In this document: positions 58,771-64,000 of the stretch, piece after piece
Numbering within the stretch: the first letter of the stretch is position 1
How the letters are laid out: each line of letters starts with the position of its first letter
From: Marine Group III euryarchaeote CG-Epi1
GTDB taxonomy: Archaea; Thermoplasmatota; Poseidoniia; MGIII; CG-Epi1
Assembly: GCA_001875345.1 (NCBI GenBank)
Contig: MIZA01000021.1
Coordinates: forward strand, 6,222-70,221
DNA: 64,000 nt
Reading direction: 5' to 3'
Notes under the pieces: generated by a model
Told to the model about the DNA's origin: nothing
The model's input: the letters and a program-made list of their open reading frames with translations, nothing else
Database searches by the model: none
Made by a program: the position numbers and the translations under genes

Positions 58771-59373
58771 CTACCCTCTCATCAAATTATATCGGCCGCG
58801 TAACTCTAACACTTCGAGGGCCTTAAGAACTTCTCCGGAAGATTTCCAGTCAGAGTAAGCATCTAAGAATATTTCTCTTCCCTCTATTTCAGAATGATGT
58901 GCTTCTAAGGATTCTAAAAAAACGCGAAGATCAGAAGCTCTAGATTCGGCATCATCATCAAAACTCGATAAACCGAAATCAATTGCATATAATCCTCCTG
59001 AAATCATAAAATTACTAGTTGTAGGATCTCCATGAACTATTCCAGAAGAATGAATTTGTGATATGAGAATTGCTGTGGAAACCAAGTAGTCTCTGAACTT
59101 GCTTGTTCTAAGACCTTCTTCAAGAGTCATACCATCAATGAACTCCATTATTATCTGAGATTTCTCGGCATTAACTTCATACAAAGACGGAACTAAGACT
59201 CCTTTTGATAAAAGATATTCAATAACCCGTGACTCACTTCTCAATCTTTCAACAACAAGTTTTCTTTCTAATTCTGGATGCCTGTATGAACGTTTGTTCC
59301 TTACTTTAGACACTGCTGTAAAATTTTGCCATTTTACCTTCTCAACTACAGCTTCCGCACCTCTAAAAATCAT
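58771..59373 (-). CDS. bud32: KEOPS complex kinase Bud32
   Basis: GAEA, YRHPEL, HGDPTTSN, IDFGL, RGRY. Confidence 0.93.
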   Translation of the reverse strand: MIFRGAEAVVEKVKWQNFTAVSKVRNKRSYRHPELERKLVVERLRSESRVIEYLLSKGVLVPSLYEVNAEKSQIIMEFIDGMTLEEGLRTSKFRDYLVSTAILISQIHSSGIVHGDPTTSNFMISGGLYAIDFGLSSFDDDAESRASDLRVFLESLEAHHSEIEGREIFLDAYSDWKSSGEVLKALEVLELRGRYNLMRG

Positions 59374-60350
59374 CTCCAGGTTACCTCAACCATATCTGTT
59401 CTATATTTTTGGTGAACTTTATTATCCTCTTCAGTAATTTTATACTCTCCATTAACCATCTGGTAACCTAACCAGCCTATCATTACTCCATTATCAACAC
59501 ACAGGTCCTTTGAGGGGATAAAACACTTGACGCCCCTTTCTTCAGTCATTATAGTTGCCATTTCTCTAAGCCTTTCGTTGCAAGCAACTCCTCCTCCCAA
59601 AACTAACTCAGTTTTTCCTGTATGGGCTAAGGCCCTTTCTGCAACTTCACAAGACATTGCAAATGCGTTTTCTTGTAATGAATAAGTAACCGTTTCAATT
59701 GAATGTCCAGAATCTAATTTAGATTTAGCTGCAGTCATTAAACCAGAGAATGCCATATCCATTCCTTTAACTGAATAAGGTAAATCCAAAAGTTCAGGCC
59801 CTTTAGCCAACTTTTCAATCTTAGGGCCGCCTGGAAAACCCATACCTGCCTCTCTAGCAAATTTATCTAGACCATTACCAATTCCAATATCAATTGTTTC
59901 CCCAAAGACTCTGTACTTTTCAGATGCGTAAGCTATCACTTGTGTGTTAGCTCCTGACAAATACAACAAAACAGGATCGGTCGCTCCTTCAAGCAAGCCT
60001 ATCTCTAAATGAGCTACGCAGTGATTAACTCCAATAAGGGGAATATCGTGAGAATAAGCAAATGCTCTTGCAGCTGTTGCCCCTGTCCTTAAACAAGGAC
60101 CTAGTCCGGGACCTCGAGCATACGAAACTAAAGAAATCTCTGAAGGCTTCAAATTCGCTTCTTTGAAAGCTTTATCAAAAAGAACTGGAAAAGTATCTGA
60201 ATGATGTCTCGCAGCCTCTCGGGGGTGAATACCACCTTCTTCGGGAATATACATTGATCTTTGATTAGACAATATTTTTCCTTCTGAGGTAATTATTCCT
60301 ACACCTGCTGTATGGGCTGTCGACTCAATACCTAGAATTATACTATTCAA
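59370..60350 (-). CDS. kae1: tRNA N6-threonylcarbamoyltransferase Kae1
   Basis: GIESTAHT, GGIHPREAA, GPGLGPCL, VNHCVAHLE, SGANTQ, GETIDIGIGN, DNGVMI. Confidence 0.96.
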   Translation of the reverse strand: MNSIILGIESTAHTAGVGIITSEGKILSNQRSMYIPEEGGIHPREAARHHSDTFPVLFDKAFKEANLKPSEISLVSYARGPGLGPCLRTGATAARAFAYSHDIPLIGVNHCVAHLEIGLLEGATDPVLLYLSGANTQVIAYASEKYRVFGETIDIGIGNGLDKFAREAGMGFPGGPKIEKLAKGPELLDLPYSVKGMDMAFSGLMTAAKSKLDSGHSIETVTYSLQENAFAMSCEVAERALAHTGKTELVLGGGVACNERLREMATIMTEERGVKCFIPSKDLCVDNGVMIGWLGYQMVNGEYKITEEDNKVHQKYRTDMVEVTWR

Positions 60351-60355
60351 AATGA

Positions 60356-61765
60356 TTACTCTTCCTCTAAAGATTCATCGGGAATTGCCAATTCTCTCTC
60401 ATACTCATCTTCATTTGACTTTTCGCCGGAATCAGAATCCTCATCTGATAACTCTGAGTCTGAATCTTGATTTTCCATTCCGCTGTAAATAACATAAGAG
60501 CATACCGTTAGTATGATGAATACAGCAAATAACGTAAGCATATTCCCTGAATCTGTGGTATCTTCGCTTACATCTCCTATTTCAACAAACTTTGACATCG
60601 AAAGGGTAAGGTTACCTGAAGAACTTAAGTCCAAAAACGTAGTTATTTTGAGAGATAATGGCCCTTCCAAAGAAGCCCTCCATGAAATATTGCCTATGGT
60701 TTCTCCCTTTGGAGAGAGTGAAATACTTTCTCTTGCAAAACCTTTGTTATTACTAATATCCATATCCAGAAATAAGTTAGAGAAATTATAATCTGTTGGA
60801 TTATTTATGGTAACATAAACATTAATCTCAGACCATTTTGAAACAACTTGTCCTGACTTCCAAAGATTTCCTGAGGCAAACACTTCTGCAGACTTATATT
60901 CTATTGCCGATAAATCAAGATTAAAAGAGCGATTAAAATTCGTATTTGAACTTACAATTTGTGACCATTGATCATCTACGCGAGCGAAACCGAAATTTGC
61001 AAATGCTGAAAAATTAGCTACATGGTCTATTCGCTGACCTGTGGAATCAATTTCATACTCTTTTGCCCAATTCCAAGTTCCTAGCATAGAACCATCTGAA
61101 TCCCATTGACGAATTTGAAAACCTGAAACCGGCAAATTTGTTGAGGTATCAGTTGCGGTGAAGGTTACCCACCACTCTTGAGTCATCCATGCTAAACAAT
61201 TAGAAAAAGTAACTTGGTTTTGTAAAGGTATTGATCCTATTGAACGAAGGCCTAAGGTATAATTCGAAATTAAAACGTTATCCATAGTTAAAATTGTATC
61301 TTCAGAAAATACTCCATAGTTTACAATATTGTGGCCATTCAACGAAGTATTTTCAATACTTGCATCGCCGCCAACAAGCCAAACCATTGAGTAATCAATA
61401 CTTGCTCCAGAAATAATCAAGGAACCTGCGTCTGAAACAATTGTAAACATGCTGTAAGAAAGTGTATCATTACTGTAAGCACTAATTGTTGAATTCAAAA
61501 TTCGTAATTCTCCCGTTGAATTTATTCTAATTTCGGAAATTGTCAAGTCAATTGATCTATTCACATTAATATGAGAATTTTCAATAGATAGATTGCCATC
61601 AACAAGTATGTCACCATTTAACCATAAATTTGAATTTGAAATTGTAACATCCTCCCCTAAATCTACCTTTAAGACATCATATTCTAGCGACTCAGAAGAA
61701 ACCTCGGTCATTACTAAAAATAGAGAAAAAATGAAAATAACACCGATAATATGCCCCAAATTCAT
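60356..61765 (-). CDS. Secreted hypothetical protein (beta-helix-like + Ig/CARDB-like), C-terminal TM and acidic tail
   Basis: Signal peptide, repeated L.I.NS.I strands, TINNP..WRA...G, TM, Asp/Glu-rich tail. Confidence 0.55.
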   Translation of the reverse strand: MNLGHIIGVIFIFSLFLVMTEVSSESLEYDVLKVDLGEDVTISNSNLWLNGDILVDGNLSIENSHINVNRSIDLTISEIRINSTGELRILNSTISAYSNDTLSYSMFTIVSDAGSLIISGASIDYSMVWLVGGDASIENTSLNGHNIVNYGVFSEDTILTMDNVLISNYTLGLRSIGSIPLQNQVTFSNCLAWMTQEWWVTFTATDTSTNLPVSGFQIRQWDSDGSMLGTWNWAKEYEIDSTGQRIDHVANFSAFANFGFARVDDQWSQIVSSNTNFNRSFNLDLSAIEYKSAEVFASGNLWKSGQVVSKWSEINVYVTINNPTDYNFSNLFLDMDISNNKGFARESISLSPKGETIGNISWRASLEGPLSLKITTFLDLSSSGNLTLSMSKFVEIGDVSEDTTDSGNMLTLFAVFIILTVCSYVIYSGMENQDSDSELSDEDSDSGEKSNEDEYERELAIPDESLEEE

Positions 61766-61847
61766 AACATAACAAAGACTATCCCTTATAAATTCTATCT
61801 ATCTAGGGAGTGAAACTCGTTTTAAAGGGAGCTTTATCTGACATACA

Positions 61848-62657
61848 ATGAGAAAGGTCCTAGGCATTATCATAATCATAATGATGTTGCCTATTGCGCA
61901 ATCAGAAATTGATGATTATACAAGCCACCCTGGCAATATACCTAATTTTCACAATTTTAATACACCACAACTAGAACCTGGAGAAAGGGGTATTTTTTCA
62001 CTTGAAATACAAAATAGATACATCGGAAACATTACTGATGTCAGTATTTATGCTGAAATATATCATAGAGCTGATATTGATGATTCAGAAACTTTGGTTG
62101 AAATTAACGGCGCAAACAGACCAACTATTACAGAAAATTGTTGGAACTACAAAAACAATGAAGAAAATTGTTCAGACAGCCCTAATCTTGAATCTGCAGA
62201 ATTTAACATAGAACAACTACTGGTTAATCAAACTGTGCAACTTAGATTTGATGTAAACACTAAGGAGGATACTAAAGAAGGAACTTACTTTGTTAGGTTT
62301 TCCATGAGTTATGAATTTAATGAAACAGATAGAAATCTCCAGTCAAGAGGTTTCTGGGATATGGAACAGTGGACTAATGCCACTACAAACCTAACTGAAG
62401 ACTATCCTGGAAATATTAATCTTAACTCACTAAATGTTGATGGTATAATTCCAGATTCTTCTTTTGGAGTCAAAAAACCCATACCAAAATGGCCTCTTTA
62501 CTTGCTAATTACACTCACAATAGTATTTGCAGGACTTTCTGTAATTTTTTATCTGGAAGAAGAAGAGACTTATCCTGAATTAAATAAATGGCTTCAGAAG
62601 ATGAGGGGCAAATTTAATCAATTTTGGTTGAGTTTTAAGTACCGAAAAGGCAGCTAA
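61848..62657 (+). CDS. Secreted hypothetical protein with C-terminal TM
   Basis: Signal peptide, Ig-like pattern (LEPGERG...IQNR; GTYFVRF), TM near the C-terminus. Confidence 0.6.
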   Translation: MRKVLGIIIIIMMLPIAQSEIDDYTSHPGNIPNFHNFNTPQLEPGERGIFSLEIQNRYIGNITDVSIYAEIYHRADIDDSETLVEINGANRPTITENCWNYKNNEENCSDSPNLESAEFNIEQLLVNQTVQLRFDVNTKEDTKEGTYFVRFSMSYEFNETDRNLQSRGFWDMEQWTNATTNLTEDYPGNINLNSLNVDGIIPDSSFGVKKPIPKWPLYLLITLTIVFAGLSVIFYLEEEETYPELNKWLQKMRGKFNQFWLSFKYRKGS

Positions 62658-63758
62658 AGAAGCATAATCTAGATCTCCCGTCCTTTCGATTGTTTTCTTT
62701 ACCTTTGGTTCACCAAGAATCGATATTATTTCAGCTAATTGATCATCATTCAAACTCAAAAAGGCTTTCCTGAGATAACTGCCTTTAGTTAATTCACCTC
62801 CAATCCGAGTTGAAATTAGAGATTGGTATTCGCTTAAATTAGTTGCACTCAAATTATTAGAATCCAGAGCCTTAGAAGCAACTTCAAAGGCTGCATCTGC
62901 AGAAATTAGGCCCGAATAAATTCCACCGCCTGAAGTAGGCTTTGCCATACCTGCTGCGTCACCTGTTAAAATGACATTATCGGTGTAACTTGGATTTGCA
63001 GTTCCAAAAGGGATTAAACCACTAATTAGATTAATTATCTTAGCGCCTCCAAGTAATTTTGAAGGTGCTCCTTTCAAAAAATAATCTCTAAAAAAATGTC
63101 TTGGCTTGTGTGGTAAAGTGGTAGCTATGCCAATTCGACCTTCATCAGGACCTGTAGGTATTCCCCAACCAAAAAAACGAGGAGCTAATTCAGAACCGAC
63201 GAAGAGGTCTACATGAGTGTCTCGGCCTTTGTATCCTTTTACATCAGCCCCAAATGCGGTCAATATTTCTCTTTTTCCACTGATTCCTGCATTTTTCGCA
63301 ACCCTAGACAGAGGGCCATCTGCGCCAACCAATAACTTAGCTTCAATACTAAACTTTTTGTTCTTATTTTTTACACTTGCCTTGATGCCACCATCAATCT
63401 TCTCATGACCCAAATATGTGTGGCCGTGAAGAAGCTCAGCTCCAGCATCTGAAGCTTTTTCTGCAATAGAACGATCAAGATCTGGCCTATCAATTACTAA
63501 CGCTTTAGTTTCAGATGCCTGAAAATCTAAAAAAGAATCCTTTGGACCCCATAGCCTAGCTCCATCCATCTCTTGTAGAATAGGACGTTCATATCCAAGA
63601 TATTCGAAAGTTCTAGGTGTTACTAAGCCAGCGCATTGACACGGTTCGCCAATAATCTCAGCTCTATCAAGCAATACGACACTGTAGCCTTTTTTTGAAA
63701 AATTCCAGGCTGTTCGGGACCCGCTTGGTCCAGCTCCTACGACTAAAACGTCAAGCAT
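62580..63758 (-). CDS. Geranylgeranyl reductase family FAD oxidoreductase
   Basis: DVLVVGAGPSG, CQCAG, IDRPDLD, VGADG, GDAAG..KPTSGGGI. Confidence 0.9.
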   Translation of the reverse strand: MLDVLVVGAGPSGSRTAWNFSKKGYSVVLLDRAEIIGEPCQCAGLVTPRTFEYLGYERPILQEMDGARLWGPKDSFLDFQASETKALVIDRPDLDRSIAEKASDAGAELLHGHTYLGHEKIDGGIKASVKNKNKKFSIEAKLLVGADGPLSRVAKNAGISGKREILTAFGADVKGYKGRDTHVDLFVGSELAPRFFGWGIPTGPDEGRIGIATTLPHKPRHFFRDYFLKGAPSKLLGGAKIINLISGLIPFGTANPSYTDNVILTGDAAGMAKPTSGGGIYSGLISADAAFEVASKALDSNNLSATNLSEYQSLISTRIGGELTKGSYLRKAFLSLNDDQLAEIISILGEPKVKKTIERTGDLDYASLAAFSVLKTQPKLIKFAPHLLKPFI

Positions 63759-63768
63759 TGCTTGAGAT

Positions 63769-63999
63769 TTACTCTAACGGAACTAAATCGACCTGACACT
63801 TATCGGTTAATCCGGCGTCTGCAAGTGTTAAATTATTATCAACTGCCACACCATTCAACATTACTGCAAAGTTTGCATGTGGTAATGGGAATTTTCCTAC
63901 ACAATTTTGTAATAATTTGTTAACTGGCATATTAGATGGAACTTTGACATTTGCTGTCTTTCCATCAATTGTTGATACAATTGCTACACTAATCTTTGA
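63769..63999 (-). CDS. Ubiquitin-like (beta-grasp) domain, 5' end outside the window
   Basis: Hand translation SKISVAIVSTIDGKTANVKVPSNMPVNKLLQNCVGKFPLPHANFAVMLNGVAVDNNLTLADAGLTDKCQVDLVPLE*; stop 10 nt upstream of the reductase ATG. Confidence 0.65.
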   Translation of the reverse strand, partial: SKISVAIVSTIDGKTANVKVPSNMPVNKLLQNCVGKFPLPHANFAVMLNGVAVDNNLTLADAGLTDKCQVDLVPLE

Positions 64000-64000
64000 T

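Overview
A gene-dense, AT-rich archaeal chromosome segment. Archaeal markers include Kae1/Bud32, membrane LonB, pantoate kinase, the HMG-CoA synthase/thiolase/DUF35 trio, pyruvoyl arginine decarboxylase, GGPP synthase, geranylgeranyl reductase and a FlaK/PibD peptidase. These, plus many secreted S8/PKD/WD40 proteins and bacterial-type imports, fit a marine Thermoplasmatota (Marine Group II/III-like); the taxon is inferred, not computed. The window holds about 57 CDS and two tRNAs (Ala-TGC, Pro-TGG). I saw no CRISPR array, transposase or integrase. The most notable items are: (1) a remodelled peptide ABC importer (PKD-extended binding protein, fused permease with extra helices, ATPase with a hydrophobic hairpin insert, an unknown accessory protein) flanked by two anchored subtilases; (2) a very acidic protein with two tandem PcrA/UvrD-type Tudor domains and no helicase; (3) a thiolase lacking both canonical cysteines beside a DUF35 with a decayed zinc ribbon; (4) a type II glutamine synthetase beside tRNA-Pro and an Lrp gene; (5) a eukaryote-like type 1 IPP isomerase; (6) two ORFs absent from the ORF track, a stand-alone Trm5-N-like microprotein and a ubiquitin-like domain at the window end. 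All family calls come from motif recognition by eye; no database searches were run.
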